Shown: positions 39,135-49,305 of the stretch, in pieces
How positions within the stretch are numbered: the stretch's first letter is position 1
Layout: the number at the start of each line of letters is the position of its first letter
NCBI GenBank assembly: GCA_965140415.1
Contig: OZ223209.1
Coordinates: 5,376,001 to 5,440,000 of the forward strand
Length of the DNA stretch: 64,000 bases
Reading direction: 5' to 3'
DNA from: Myxococcota bacterium
GTDB taxonomy: Bacteria > Myxococcota_A > SURF-8
Program-made: the position numbers and the translations under genes
Notes under the pieces: generated by a model
What the model saw: only the letters and a program-made list of their open reading frames with translations
The model's database searches: none
Told to the model about the DNA's origin: nothing

Positions 39135-40303
39135 GCCTTCCCCTCTGACCTTTTTCTCCTCAACGGCAACACTTTCTCCCGCTCTACCAGGGCATCTCGA
39201 AGCTCTTCAATTCCAAGGGGCGCATAATGCCGTTCCGTTACTCGAATATCCGAATGGCGCAGAAGCTTACTGGCGACATGTAGCCCCTTTGTTTTGGCAA
39301 TCTGAAGACCGAAGGTTCGCCGGATGTCGTGAATGGTGACGCCATCGAGTTTCGCCTTCTCCTTTATGAAAGCCCAAGGCTTTTGTAAATCGGAGCGGGG
39401 ACGGTCTGGTTTGCGGCCTGGAATAATGTAAATGCTTCTGCGCGGCAACTGGTCGAGCAAAGCAACGGAGTTCGGGCTTAATGGCTGAACCTGTGGACGA
39501 CCGCTTTTCGGTCTCGGAATGCGCCACAGGCCTTCATCAAGGTCGATGTCCTCCCATTTGGCATGCAACACTTCCGACATTCGTGCCCCTGTTTCCACAA
39601 GGAGCAGGAACGCAGCGTAAACGCTACGGTCAAAACGTTTTGTTTCCGCCAGCAAATGAATGGCATCGATGAACCGCTCAAATTCCTTATCGCTGAGCAC
39701 ACGCGCTCTCGGGTCATTCTCTGGAATGGGCTTCACCTTCATGGCCACATTGCTGTCTACTTTGCTAAGGCGCCAAGCATCCTGAAGGCAAGCTCTCACG
39801 CTGGCAAGCCATCGGTTCGCGGCAATTCGGCTTCCGCCCGCGATGATGATGTCCCGAAGCTTCTCTACATCCTCCGTCGTGATGGAGTGCAGAGGACGCT
39901 TACCCCAATGTTCTTTTGCTCGGCCGAGATAACGCGTGTCTTCACGAGGATGCTTTTTTCGTTGCTTGACCTTTTCGAGATAGGTATCGGCCCACTCGCC
40001 GAAAATCAATGCGTGCCGCCGTTTCTGGCGCTCATCCAGGGGGTCGGTGCCTTGACTCACCTCGGCCATCTTTTGCTTGGCCAATTCCCGCGCCTGATCC
40101 GGTGTAAGACGTCCGTACGCGCCCAGCGTCATTCGTCGTCGCCGGCCACGATCACCATACTCGATGAAGAAGCTCTTTCTGCCGGTGGGATAGGTTACAA
40201 GCCCAAAGCACTGGGTTTCTGTATCGTAGTAGCGAGTCCCGTGCGTTTTCTTGCTTTTCGGGAGCCGATCGATGTTCTTTTTCGTCAGTTTGATCTGCGC
40301 CAT
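39131..40303 (-). CDS. int: Tyrosine integrase with N-terminal arm-binding domain
   Basis: TGARMSE, HDIRRT, LLRHSDIRVTERHY; N-terminal GRRRRMTLGAYG. Confidence 0.95.
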   Translation of the reverse strand: MAQIKLTKKNIDRLPKSKKTHGTRYYDTETQCFGLVTYPTGRKSFFIEYGDRGRRRRMTLGAYGRLTPDQARELAKQKMAEVSQGTDPLDERQKRRHALIFGEWADTYLEKVKQRKKHPREDTRYLGRAKEHWGKRPLHSITTEDVEKLRDIIIAGGSRIAANRWLASVRACLQDAWRLSKVDSNVAMKVKPIPENDPRARVLSDKEFERFIDAIHLLAETKRFDRSVYAAFLLLVETGARMSEVLHAKWEDIDLDEGLWRIPRPKSGRPQVQPLSPNSVALLDQLPRRSIYIIPGRKPDRPRSDLQKPWAFIKEKAKLDGVTIHDIRRTFGLQIAKTKGLHVASKLLRHSDIRVTERHYAPLGIEELRDALVEREKVLPLRRKRSEGKA

Positions 40304-40378
40304 GAACGTGCATGTCCTCGTCTATTTCTTGCCCAACCGTCAGCAGTCTTGCCCCGGATTCAGCAGGTCGTAAAAATG

Positions 40379-40439
40379 AACGTACGCCCGTCGTACAGAG
40401 GCTCGAAAAACCATAAAAGAACGTACACCCGTCGTACAG
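40379..40439. repeat. Direct repeats, probable integrase arm-type sites
   Basis: AACGTAC(G/A)CCCGTCGTACAG at 40379 and 40420. Confidence 0.65.
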
Positions 40440-40546
40440 CGAGATGTAAGCTCGTTTGAACCCATCAACGCTTTAGACCTTGATAATACTGGACTTGGGC
40501 GACATCTGTCAACACTTATGTGAACTCGTAAAAACCAGAAAGTGCG

Positions 40547-40593
40547 GATTCGTAATCAGCAGGTCAGCGGTTCGAATCCGCTCGTTGGCTCCA
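40547..40593 (+). other. 3' half of tRNA-Thr(CGT), att site
   Basis: GATTCGTAATC anticodon arm, GGTTCGAATCC T-arm, ends GGCTCCA; no 5' acceptor strand or D-arm upstream. Confidence 0.85.
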
Positions 40594-40601
40594 GTAATTA
40601 C

Positions 40602-40636
40602 AAGGACTTAGCGATTTCGCTAAGTCCTTTCTTTTT
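40602..40636 (+). terminator. Intrinsic terminator-like hairpin after att
   Basis: aaggacttagcg-attt-cgctaagtcctt followed by tcttttt. Confidence 0.75.
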
Positions 40637-41090
40637 GTGGAGCTACCAAGGAGCTACCATAAGAAAGCAAGTCAAAGGGGAAAGTTTGCATGGCGATACA
40701 TGCTCGTTCATCATGCTTATATCGCTTTTCCATCCCTTTCTCGTCCGTTCGTAGGGCTATTGACGCCCAAGGGGCCCCATGAAAGTGAACCCCTGTCCTC
40801 GCCCTCAAAGAGGCGGAAAAATATTGATCCACCCAGTCGACGAGGATGCGAGGATTTTTTTGGGGGAAATTTTCGCCATCTGCCCGGCAAGATCGAGATG
40901 ATGCCAGTGGATCGAAGCATTGTGCAACGGGGGCTGGTTTGTGCAAAAGTGAAACGATATGGACTTTCAACTGGGTACATTTTGGGGCCATTTTTGGCGT
41001 AGCTCCAAGCGCCCGTAAGGTTACCCAACGGCACGGTTTTAGCCAAAACATCAAGCCGGAATATACGGCGATTTTTTCCGTGATATAGGT

Positions 41091-41130
41091 TGGCCGGGCA
41101 GTCGATCCCTGGTCAGTGTTACAGGTGCTG
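41091..41130 (+). pseudogene. Second JAB 3'-end relic, inverted
   Basis: 37/40 nt identical to the JAB gene; encodes GRAVDPWSVLQVL. Confidence 0.75.
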
Positions 41131-41305
41131 TTGCGTGGAATCCCCGAAATGGTCATTTGGAATTCCTGTCTCTCCTTCCTTGAATAGAAGTCAACTTGGC
41201 GAGGTTCCTTGATAAATTTATTTTTTTTTTGGATGCTAATAAGGAATGGTTACGTTTATACAGGCAACAGCATTCGCCGAATCGAATATACAGCAGGAGA
41301 AAGAC

Positions 41306-44300
41306 ATGAAACAAATTATCACCATTGGAATGCTAGGATTACTGCTGGTCTTTACCACGGGATGCGACGACGGGGGATCTTCAACCGGGAGTGATACGGA
41401 TGGAGACCAGGTCGAAACGGACGGAGATGATGCCGACGGCGACGCGACCGATGGTGACAGGCCTGACGGTGACGTGATCGATGGTGACGATCCGGATGGC
41501 GATGAACCGGATGGTGACGTGGTCGACGGAGATACGGCTGACGGCGACGTGACCGATGGCGATGCAACCGACGGAGACACAGTCGACGGGGACGTAACCG
41601 ACGGCGACATTGCAGATGGTGACTTTACGGACGGAGATATCGTCGATGGGGATTCTGCAGATGGGGATATCACTGATGGTGACGCAAGCGATGGTGATAT
41701 CAGCGACGGCGATATGGTTGACGGCGACCTCGATATGGATGAAGACACTATCGATGGTGACGTGATTGACCATGATCCCGAATCAGAAGAAGAAACCATT
41801 ATCCCGGACACCTGGACGGACGATTCCAGCGGCCTGATCTGGATGGTGATGGATGCCGGAGCGGAATCCTGGAATGATGCCAAAGTTTATTGCGAAGATC
41901 TGGAACTCGAGGGATATCTGGATTGGCGATTACCCGATATTTCCGATTTGCGCAGCCTCGTGCGTGGCTGCCCCGATATCGAGACGGGAGGAAACTGCGG
42001 CGTAACAAGTAGCTGCCAGGACTCTGTTTGCCGAACGTCCGATTGCGCTGGTTGCTCGGAGAATGCTGGCCCGGACGATGGCTGCTATCGCCCGGCTCCT
42101 ATTGAAGGCAGTTGCGGTCAGCATTGGTCGTCGTCGGTGGTTGCAGACTATGCAGGCTCGGCATGGTATCTCGACTTCAGAAACGGATATATGGATTACG
42201 CACCGAGCGCGGTCGATCTCACGGCCTTCCGCTGCGTTCATGATGCACCACTGCCAGATGGTGATCTTGATGACGATACCGACGAGGACATCGTCGATGG
42301 TGATGTTGAAAACGAGTTTGAGGTCGAGGAAGAAACCTCCGATACGATTTCCTGCGCCAACGGCACCTGCATCGACAGCGCTACGGGTCTTGAATGGCAG
42401 GAAGGTGATGGCGGCGTGCATTTCTGGTATAACGCTAAAGACTATTGTGAAGATCTGGTGCTTGATGGTCAAGATGACTGGCGCATGCCTTCTATTTCCG
42501 AGATGAGAAGCATAATAAGAGATTGTGAAGATACTCAAACCGGAGGCTTATGTGGAGTTTCAAATAGTTGCACGAACGTAGATTGCAGGGATGCATCCTG
42601 TGATGGTTGTACTGCCAATGAGGGACCTGATGCTGGCTGCTATTGGGCAGAGCCACTTGGAGGAACGTGCGGTTGGTACTGGTCGTCTACATCAGCAGAT
42701 AGTGGAGTATGGATTGTGAAATTCGCCAACGCTTCTATCATCTCCACTCATATCGTTCAACCTCTTCAAATACGTTGTGTCAGAAATGCCGATATCGTTG
42801 ATGGCGATGTTGATGAAGAATTGGAAATCGAGGAAGAGATTGAAGAGGAAATTGAAGAAGAAATACCTGAGCCATTAGTTTGTGCAAACGGCAGCTGTGT
42901 TGATAGCTCAACCGGTCTGGAATGGCAGGAAACCAACGGACTTGGTGATATGTTCTTCAACACTGAAGATTATTGTGAAGATCTGGTGCTTAATAATCAT
43001 GACGATTGGCGCATGCCTTCTATCTCCGAGATGAGAACCATAATAAGAGGTTGTGGAGATACTCAAACAGAAGGATCTTGCCAAGCGACAAATAGTTGCA
43101 CAACCGCAAATTGTGTGGATGCATCCTGTGATGGTTGTGATGACAATGAAGGACCTGATTCTGGTTGCTATTGGGCGGAGCCACTTTCAGGTATTTGCAC
43201 CTGGTATTGGTCGTCTACATGGACAGACGGTGGAGTTTATGTTGTAAAATTCGGTAGCGCAGGCATCATTGGAACTCATATTGTTCAGCCGCTTTATGTA
43301 CGTTGTGTGAGAAATGCCGATATAGTTGATGGCGATGTTGATGAAGAACTGGAAGTCGAAGAAGAGATTGAAGTAGAAGCTGAAGTAGAAGGTTCAACCG
43401 TTTGTACTCCAGACTACACCATAGATTCATTGCCCTATCAGAACAGTGACGACACAACAGGTGACCTCAATGAGTTTAATCTAGATTATCAAGAAAGCTG
43501 TTTTGACTGGACAGCCTTAGGGGGAGATCATGTCTATTCAATCACATTAAGCACCGGGGATAATATTCAGATTGAATTAACGACTTCAAATGCGAATTTT
43601 GATCCGATGATTGTGATTGCCACAGAATGCTCAGATATGGCCTCCTGTTTGGAAGGAGCAGATTATAACACCGGTGGAGGCTCCGAGGCTTTGTCCTTCA
43701 CAGCTTCTGAAAATGGTGAATACCTGATAGTGGTGGATTCAGGAAATCATAATTCTGGACCTGATGGGGCAGGCCCATACAGCCTAAGTATTACAGGAAC
43801 CATTACCGTGGATGGTGATGTGGATGAAGAACTGGATGAAGAGATCGAAGAAGAGGAAGATGTTGAACCCATAGACTCTCTTCCATGTTCTGATGGTGTT
43901 TGTCTTGATGTTGACTCCGGGTTGGAGTGGCAAGAAACATCTGAGCCGGAATTTGGTGGAATGAGTTTTGATGATGCCAAGACTTATTGCCAGAATCTTG
44001 ATCTGGATGATGGCGGTTGGCATTTGCCAACAATTGATGAGTACCGTACCCTGATTAGAGGTTGCCCGAAAACAGAACCGGGTGGTGAGTGTAGTTTGAC
44101 AGACAGTTGTTCTGCATCTTCTTGTCATGTTACTTCGTGCTATGGCTGTACTTCCGATGTTGGTCCGGATGAGGGTTGTTATCAACCTGATGGCCTTGAA
44201 GGTTCATGTGAAACTTATTGGACATCCACAATTGTGGAAAATAATCATGATTTTGCCTGGCACATCCGAATTAAATCAACCAGATTTGACCGCTCTTTCA

Positions 44301-45634
44301 CTTATAACGCATACAAAGCTCGTTGTGTTAGGGAAGTTTATAACCCCTGCCCGGATACCGCCTGTACCTGGCCAACTGATAAACTTTGCCTAAGTGATGG
44401 GGAGTTGTGCTATTGCAATGTTGAAGGAAAATACGACTACTTCGAGTGCATTGCATGTCATACTTGTGAGACACAGGAACAATCTCCCGGTCAGTTTACA
44501 ACTGCATGTTTTGCAAAAACTGAAGATGATGGCAATTTATGCGAATCGGAATGTAGCAAATGTGAGTCTGGTCAATGCGTTGCACGTAATGACAATGCGG
44601 AATGTGAAGTGGCCATGGAATGTGTTCAGGATTCTACTGAGGAATGTACCGATAAGGTTTGCGAAGGCTCCTGCGACCCTCAAACCAGTATTGATTTTTG
44701 TGATCCCGAAGCATCGGGAACATATAGGATTTGTACTTGCGTGGAAGTAGAGAAAGATGTATATGGATTGGCAAATACCTCTTGTTTTTATATTTGTGAT
44801 AGCCCCTATACTGGCTGTTCTGTAGAAGACGGTGAAGAGATTGCGACTTGTGGGTGCTATTCGCCTGATCCAACCCCAATAGAAGACCTTATGTGGCAGA
44901 CAACGGCCCCAGGCAATACAATGGTTTGGGATACGGCGGTGACATATTGTAATGAATTGGTGCTTGATAATTTTGATGATTGGCGCTTGCCAACAATAGA
45001 CGAGTTACGTAACTTTGTTGAAGGATGCGACACCATCGATTATGGCGGTGATTGCCTTGTCTCGGAGGGTTGCTCCAATTATGATTGTCTGAACACAGGA
45101 TGTTTCGGTGATGTTGCATGCCCTGATGGAAGCGGTCCTGCCAATGATGGATGTTACTGGGGAAGTTCTTATTCTGGTGCTTGTGACTCATATTGGTCGA
45201 GCACCGTTGAAGAAGGCGATAGTGTATGGAGAGTAGACTTCGAATACTCAAATGTTACTACCTTTGTAAAGACTATGGAGCAGCATGTTCGCTGCGTCCG
45301 TACTGACGATGGCAGTTGTGGTTTAGTTCCATGTGCACCATGTATAAACCCTCCAACTGATCCAGAAAACGGCAATTACGGTGCTGATTGCTTCGACATC
45401 CCCCATGGGTCTACCTGTGAACTGCTGTGCGATGACTATTCTGAAACAACAGGAGACGGATTCGCTGTCTGCAACGATGGAAGCTGGGAAAGCCTGGATG
45501 AGTGCATCCCGTTAGGCGCCTGCTGCGATGACATGTATTCCTGCATTTCAGAGTGGACGACGGAATCCTGGTGCAGCGGTCCAGGCGAGCAGTGGTTCGG
45601 CGGCCAGAGCTGCGACAGTATGGGATGCTTTTGA
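41306..45634 (+). CDS. DGD-repeat lipoprotein with five DUF1566/Lcl domains and a PPC-like domain
   Basis: RBS aggag; lipobox TTGC; five W(R/H)(L/M)PxIxE/D...RCV units. Confidence 0.85.
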   Translation: MKQIITIGMLGLLLVFTTGCDDGGSSTGSDTDGDQVETDGDDADGDATDGDRPDGDVIDGDDPDGDEPDGDVVDGDTADGDVTDGDATDGDTVDGDVTDGDIADGDFTDGDIVDGDSADGDITDGDASDGDISDGDMVDGDLDMDEDTIDGDVIDHDPESEEETIIPDTWTDDSSGLIWMVMDAGAESWNDAKVYCEDLELEGYLDWRLPDISDLRSLVRGCPDIETGGNCGVTSSCQDSVCRTSDCAGCSENAGPDDGCYRPAPIEGSCGQHWSSSVVADYAGSAWYLDFRNGYMDYAPSAVDLTAFRCVHDAPLPDGDLDDDTDEDIVDGDVENEFEVEEETSDTISCANGTCIDSATGLEWQEGDGGVHFWYNAKDYCEDLVLDGQDDWRMPSISEMRSIIRDCEDTQTGGLCGVSNSCTNVDCRDASCDGCTANEGPDAGCYWAEPLGGTCGWYWSSTSADSGVWIVKFANASIISTHIVQPLQIRCVRNADIVDGDVDEELEIEEEIEEEIEEEIPEPLVCANGSCVDSSTGLEWQETNGLGDMFFNTEDYCEDLVLNNHDDWRMPSISEMRTIIRGCGDTQTEGSCQATNSCTTANCVDASCDGCDDNEGPDSGCYWAEPLSGICTWYWSSTWTDGGVYVVKFGSAGIIGTHIVQPLYVRCVRNADIVDGDVDEELEVEEEIEVEAEVEGSTVCTPDYTIDSLPYQNSDDTTGDLNEFNLDYQESCFDWTALGGDHVYSITLSTGDNIQIELTTSNANFDPMIVIATECSDMASCLEGADYNTGGGSEALSFTASENGEYLIVVDSGNHNSGPDGAGPYSLSITGTITVDGDVDEELDEEIEEEEDVEPIDSLPCSDGVCLDVDSGLEWQETSEPEFGGMSFDDAKTYCQNLDLDDGGWHLPTIDEYRTLIRGCPKTEPGGECSLTDSCSASSCHVTSCYGCTSDVGPDEGCYQPDGLEGSCETYWTSTIVENNHDFAWHIRIKSTRFDRSFTYNAYKARCVREVYNPCPDTACTWPTDKLCLSDGELCYCNVEGKYDYFECIACHTCETQEQSPGQFTTACFAKTEDDGNLCESECSKCESGQCVARNDNAECEVAMECVQDSTEECTDKVCEGSCDPQTSIDFCDPEASGTYRICTCVEVEKDVYGLANTSCFYICDSPYTGCSVEDGEEIATCGCYSPDPTPIEDLMWQTTAPGNTMVWDTAVTYCNELVLDNFDDWRLPTIDELRNFVEGCDTIDYGGDCLVSEGCSNYDCLNTGCFGDVACPDGSGPANDGCYWGSSYSGACDSYWSSTVEEGDSVWRVDFEYSNVTTFVKTMEQHVRCVRTDDGSCGLVPCAPCINPPTDPENGNYGADCFDIPHGSTCELLCDDYSETTGDGFAVCNDGSWESLDECIPLGACCDDMYSCISEWTTESWCSGPGEQWFGGQSCDSMGCF
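41399..41770 (+). repeat. Coding 15-bp degenerate repeat (DGDxx), >20 units
   Basis: DGDDA DGDAT DGDRP DGDVI and so on. Confidence 0.85.
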
Positions 45635-45745
45635 GGCACTACAGGACGGCAGGATCATGAAAGCCATCACGCATATGCGCTTTTTCAATGGCTGAGGGCC
45701 CCTTGGTATGGCCGTATAAAGTTTCAGGTGATGTTGATCCCGGTT

Positions 45746-45990
45746 CTACCTCTGGCGTTTGCCCCGCAGCACGAACTGGTCGCCTCGGCGTTTCATGTCA
45801 AACAACTCGGTGGCTTCGATCAGGTCGAGTAGTTTGCGGTAACCATAGTTGCGAGGATCAAAGGATGCCTGGTTGCCGATCTGCTGGCCTACTGAACCTA
45901 GCGGCGACCAGCCATCCTCACTGGCAGCCGATTCCACAGTATTTCGAAGCAATGACACCAGACGTGCGTCATGCCTCAGAGTTGCCGTGT
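45746..45990 (-). pseudogene. OST-HTH/LOTUS C-terminal fragment of an NYN-domain protein
   Basis: EDGWSPLGSVG...SFDPRNYGYRKLLDLI; no NYN domain upstream. Confidence 0.7.
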
Positions 45991-46235
45991 CCTGGCGAAT
46001 CGTTGTGAGATCCGATTGGTCAGCAGTAAAGACAAGAACTTCCTGAATCCAGCCTGCGACAGGCCAAATACTGATAATATTTCAATGCTTTACGACATAA
46101 GAAAGATGTGGGCAACCGTCTAACTTGGTTGTCCATTTTTTTGTGAAGGCAAATTCACCCCTACCGCACCCGGCGGCGGCGCAAAGCCAAGGCCGGGATG
46201 GCCTTCGTGCGTCGAGACACACACGGAGGCCAACG

Positions 46236-46931
46236 ATGGAAGTGTGTTCCCAAAACCAGCAGTCCTGTCAACCCGTTCCCATGTCCCATGAAGCGATCAA
46301 CGCATCCTTCAGCGAAATGGTCGAAGACAAAATCTTCGATCCGGTCAAGCGGCACCTAGGTGACGCCTTCGACGCCGAGGATCGTTTTCAGGAAGGCATG
46401 TGCATGATCTACGACGATTACCGCCGCGCCGCCGAGCGTGGCAAGCCGACCGACCGCGCCGCGCTGGTTTACGGCTTGAAACTGAAAAGCTTCGACGTCA
46501 CCCACCGCTTCACCCGAACCGGACACGGTCGCCGCAGAGACGTGCTAGGCTCACCGGCCTGCGTCTTGGACGGCATCAAGGTTCTGCGCTTCGACGGACT
46601 TGCAGATGAAGAAGACGGTCCCTACGACGATCTGGGCGTGAGCCATGATAATCCCATGAGCTTCGTCACCGAAGTCAGCCTGCGCCAGACGGCGGATGTT
46701 GAAAATCGGCTCAATTCCGCCATCGATTTGGAGGAGTGGCTGGCAGATCTGGACTCGACCGACCGTGACATCCTGCAAGGCCGAATGGAAGGCAGAGCCG
46801 GAACGGAGATCGCCGAATGGGTCGGTATGTCAATGTCGAACTGTTACCGTCGCTTGAAGGAACTCGGTCGCCAACTAGCCGTAGACACTGGAATGACGTG
46901 CTACCTCGAACCCCAGCCGGGAGCCGCATAG
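46236..46931 (+). CDS. Sigma-like factor, paralogue of 25058-25759
   Basis: Shared SHEAINA, DAEDRFQE, VLRFDGL, DNPMSFV; RBS ggagg. Confidence 0.75.
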   Translation: MEVCSQNQQSCQPVPMSHEAINASFSEMVEDKIFDPVKRHLGDAFDAEDRFQEGMCMIYDDYRRAAERGKPTDRAALVYGLKLKSFDVTHRFTRTGHGRRRDVLGSPACVLDGIKVLRFDGLADEEDGPYDDLGVSHDNPMSFVTEVSLRQTADVENRLNSAIDLEEWLADLDSTDRDILQGRMEGRAGTEIAEWVGMSMSNCYRRLKELGRQLAVDTGMTCYLEPQPGAA

Positions 46932-47547
46932 AATGACCAAAACCTTCGCTGATATAGTGATAATAGCCATCATCAAAAGCTTAAAAGAATGGCTTTGCAA
47001 GTGCCGAAAGTGATATTCCCCACCATGCCGCCCCGCCTCATCGCCCGCCATACCATCCCCAGTCGCACCCTTGCGGCGGAGAAAGGCCCGATTGGTCTTT
47101 CTTTTAACTCGGAGGTATGAAGAAAACGATCCGAATCAGACCATTCATTCTTCTTTATGTCAGATCCGGATCCGAAATTTCCACTTCGTATACGCCGAGG
47201 GCTATAACTTTTTCAAATGGGGCCCCAAAGCAGGAGACAGTCTTTGCTCTCTAACAGGTCAATTTTTTCGCCCGGCACCGACAATTCCAACTGGCGTAGC
47301 GTCGCAGCTGAAATTTTTTTTGGTGGATTTTTTCGGGCTGTACGTAATAATTCGGATCAGGACAACGGCAAGCCTCCCTTTTCCGTGTAGTAGATCGCCA
47401 TGTCCCCCCGGAATGCCGCCAATTACGACGGGCGGCTTGGTGGACAATCGATTTTTTACTGGTTTGCATTTGAGTAATCGAGAGTGCTATGATAGTCTTC
47501 GAAAAATCGAAACAGATCCCGGCAAAGTCCTTTTCGGAGGGAATAGT

Positions 47548-49239
47548 ATGAAATCTCTTAACGTGATGATATTCGGGTTAATATTGATAGTTTTCATCGT
47601 TGGTTGTAACTCTAGCGAAGTCGATAGTTCTGTGGACGGCGATCGTGAAGAAGATCAAGATGCGAAACCTGAGGATGGCGATATTGACTCCACTCCAACA
47701 GATGGCGATTCATCCGAACTCGATAAAATCGATGCACAAACAGAGCTAGATGGCGACTCAAACGTTGATGGTGATACCGACTTAGAAAAAGAGGTTGAGA
47801 TTGTGGATGGAGATTCAATGCCTGATGGGGACATTGAAATTGATGATGACGATGATGGCATCGAAAATGACAATTGCCAACCTGATTGTTCAAATCATGT
47901 TTGTGGATACGATCCAAACTGTGGAGCTTTGTGCGGAGTTTGTCCAGAACACAAGTATTGTGAAGAAGGAGAATGTGTTTCCCAAGATGTCATTTGCGGG
48001 GACATGAGTGGCCTGGATGCAGAAAACTCTTGGCCAATGATGGGATATTGTCCGACCAGAGCCTATCGGGCTCCGTTTTCATTTCCGATGAATCCGACAG
48101 AGGTGTTGAATGTTGAAATAGATAAAGAATCAGGTGATTCCAGTTTAATTTCGAGTAGTATTGATAACATAATTATTGCCTCAGAAGCTTTTGAAAAGTT
48201 TGGCAGAATTGCTTCATACGATATCGATGGAAGCAGCAATTGGGTATTTAACCTATACGATCAATACCCTCTTGACGATAGTTATCGTTCAATAATGATC
48301 CCACGTTCTCTCTCTGTAAGGTCTGATGGAATCATAATTGCTGGTGCTTATATTGGCGCGTCATACTCAGGAGAAGAAGACAAGATTTTTGGAATTTCAG
48401 AAGGCAATTGGATAGCTGAAGCTATTACAAGTGACCTTCCAACTTCATCTACTATTTTGCCGAACAAAACGATTTTGCTTGGAAGTGGAGGATATACCTA
48501 TTGGGGGGGAGATTTAATGTTTGTTTCTTCTGACTGGGCAGACAGCTATCATTTAGATTATGAAGATTTTGGACTAGAATCATCTGGTCAAGTCGGTCCA
48601 ATATCGGTCGGACGTTCCGGGAGCATGTATTCCGTAATAGATGATAAATTATTTTCAATTAGCACTAATGAGCTTTCTATTGAGTGGATGATGGACGATT
48701 ACCGTATAGATAATTTTCCCGTTGTAGGCAAAGATGGAACAATTTATGTAGTTGGTAAGTTTCAAGAGGCTGGCTACGGAAGTTGGAAAAATTATGCGGC
48801 TTTCGATCCAGATGGAAATGTTAAATGGTTTTTTGATGTAAACACTGAAGGGAAAGTGTTATATGAAACTTTTACTCTTGGACCCAATGGTACAGTTTAT
48901 GTTTCTGGGATGGACACTATTGACTCCGTCCTCTATAAAGTGATTTATTCTCTGGATTTAAGTGGTAACGTGCAATGGGAATATCGTGTGTTGGGAGAAA
49001 CTTTTGACTCTGCTCGCCATATTGCCGACTCCAACGGAAATGTTCTAATCCCTGAACAAACAGATGATGGATTACAAGCACTTGTTTGTATTAGCGCCAC
49101 TGGAAAACTTCTATGGCGCTATTACGACCTTCCCAATGGAGAAATTCAGAACCAAGATTCGATGATTTTACTACCTGGTAACCGGATCGCTCTTATTGTG
49201 GGTGAGCGATTGGTTGTTATCGGTGAAAATAGCAAATAA
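47548..49239 (+). CDS. DGD lipoprotein with PQQ-like beta-propeller
   Basis: RBS ggagg + ATG 47548; lipobox IVGC; WPMMG, DGTIYV, DGNVKW. Confidence 0.8.
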   Translation: MKSLNVMIFGLILIVFIVGCNSSEVDSSVDGDREEDQDAKPEDGDIDSTPTDGDSSELDKIDAQTELDGDSNVDGDTDLEKEVEIVDGDSMPDGDIEIDDDDDGIENDNCQPDCSNHVCGYDPNCGALCGVCPEHKYCEEGECVSQDVICGDMSGLDAENSWPMMGYCPTRAYRAPFSFPMNPTEVLNVEIDKESGDSSLISSSIDNIIIASEAFEKFGRIASYDIDGSSNWVFNLYDQYPLDDSYRSIMIPRSLSVRSDGIIIAGAYIGASYSGEEDKIFGISEGNWIAEAITSDLPTSSTILPNKTILLGSGGYTYWGGDLMFVSSDWADSYHLDYEDFGLESSGQVGPISVGRSGSMYSVIDDKLFSISTNELSIEWMMDDYRIDNFPVVGKDGTIYVVGKFQEAGYGSWKNYAAFDPDGNVKWFFDVNTEGKVLYETFTLGPNGTVYVSGMDTIDSVLYKVIYSLDLSGNVQWEYRVLGETFDSARHIADSNGNVLIPEQTDDGLQALVCISATGKLLWRYYDLPNGEIQNQDSMILLPGNRIALIVGERLVVIGENSK

Positions 49240-49305
49240 GTTCAGTAAGAGGATATAGCCTTTGGCAAATGTGGAGGAATCATGAACCGTCCCAAGACTT
49301 TTCTA

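Larger units (their letters stand above)
21422..40593. mobile_element. Core of an integrative element at tRNA-Thr(CGT); left boundary not found and may lie left of the window
   Basis: Integrase next to a tRNA 3' fragment, followed by excisionase-like, replication and Ubl modules, nearly all on the minus strand. Confidence 0.8.

Noticed and set aside
40500-40593. Intact tRNA-Thr gene
   Set aside because: 5' acceptor strand and D-arm are missing; treated as an att fragment.
21422-40593. Complete prophage or conjugative element
   Set aside because: No capsid, terminase, tail, relaxase or T4SS genes recognised in the window.
42350-43370. Near-duplicate DUF1566 units (and the FGE-like domain at 1-1.9 kb) as DGR template/variable repeats
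   Set aside because: No reverse transcriptase in the window and the mismatches inspected are not adenine-specific; ordinary intragenic duplication.
47071-47547. Long N-terminal extension of the 722-aa ORF
   Set aside because: RBS and lipoprotein signal begin at 47548.
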